The translations under genes and the position numbers were made by a program. A model generated the notes under the pieces. That model made no database searches. It was given only the letters and a program-made list of their open reading frames with translations, and was not told the origin of the DNA. Of a stretch of 64,000 nt of DNA, positions 63,884 through 64,000 are shown piece after piece; positions within the stretch are counted from its first letter, which is position 1; every line of letters begins with the position of its first letter. The DNA lies in contig WELA01002318.1 of the NCBI GenBank assembly GCA_009602735.1, positions 537,984-601,983 of the forward strand, given 5' to 3'. The DNA comes from Mesotaenium endlicherianum. Its lineage: Eukaryota.

Positions 63884-64000
63884 GTACGTAAGATGTCTCT
63901 CCTTCGCCTTTCTTGCCTCCCTTCAGAGTTCCCGAGCGAGGCTCCTTTCCCCCATGTTTGTGTCAGTCTGAGGAATAGTCTGGAGTGTAATGGTACTTGA

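Noticed and set aside
1..64000. CRISPR arrays, tRNA/rRNA genes, prokaryotic operons or defence systems
   Set aside because: None seen. The DNA is spliced eukaryotic sequence, and the HNH domain belongs to the SNF2 helicase.

Overview
Eukaryotic genomic DNA, intron-rich and dense in microsatellites. It is green-lineage, probably a streptophyte alga (inferred from plant-type genes), and has four N-gaps. Spliced host genes: a uridine kinase-like gene (UKL type, minus strand, runs off the left edge); a long-chain fatty alcohol oxidase (FAO, GMC oxidoreductase, 11 exons, minus); a SNF2 helicase/HNH endonuclease of the ZRANB3/SMARCAL1 group (about 19 exons, plus), head-to-head with FAO; and the start of a small EF-hand-like gene at the right edge. 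Most of the left half is decayed sequence: two inverted, internally deleted copies of the ZRANB3-like locus, scrambled FAO pieces, a full-length but disabled Ty1/copia element (both LTRs, PBS, PPT, 5-bp TSD), a Ty3/gypsy chromovirus whose 5' half is deleted but whose TSD survives, a probable solo LTR, a decayed LINE and small insertions. The most unusual signals are an inverted intron polarity (C/T-rich after donors, G-rich before acceptors), the scrambled FAO/ZRANB3 mosaic, an isolated RRP41 exon antisense inside an FAO intron, and a copia gag that starts in the LTR and reads through the PBS. All alignments and exon models were made by eye; no searches were run.
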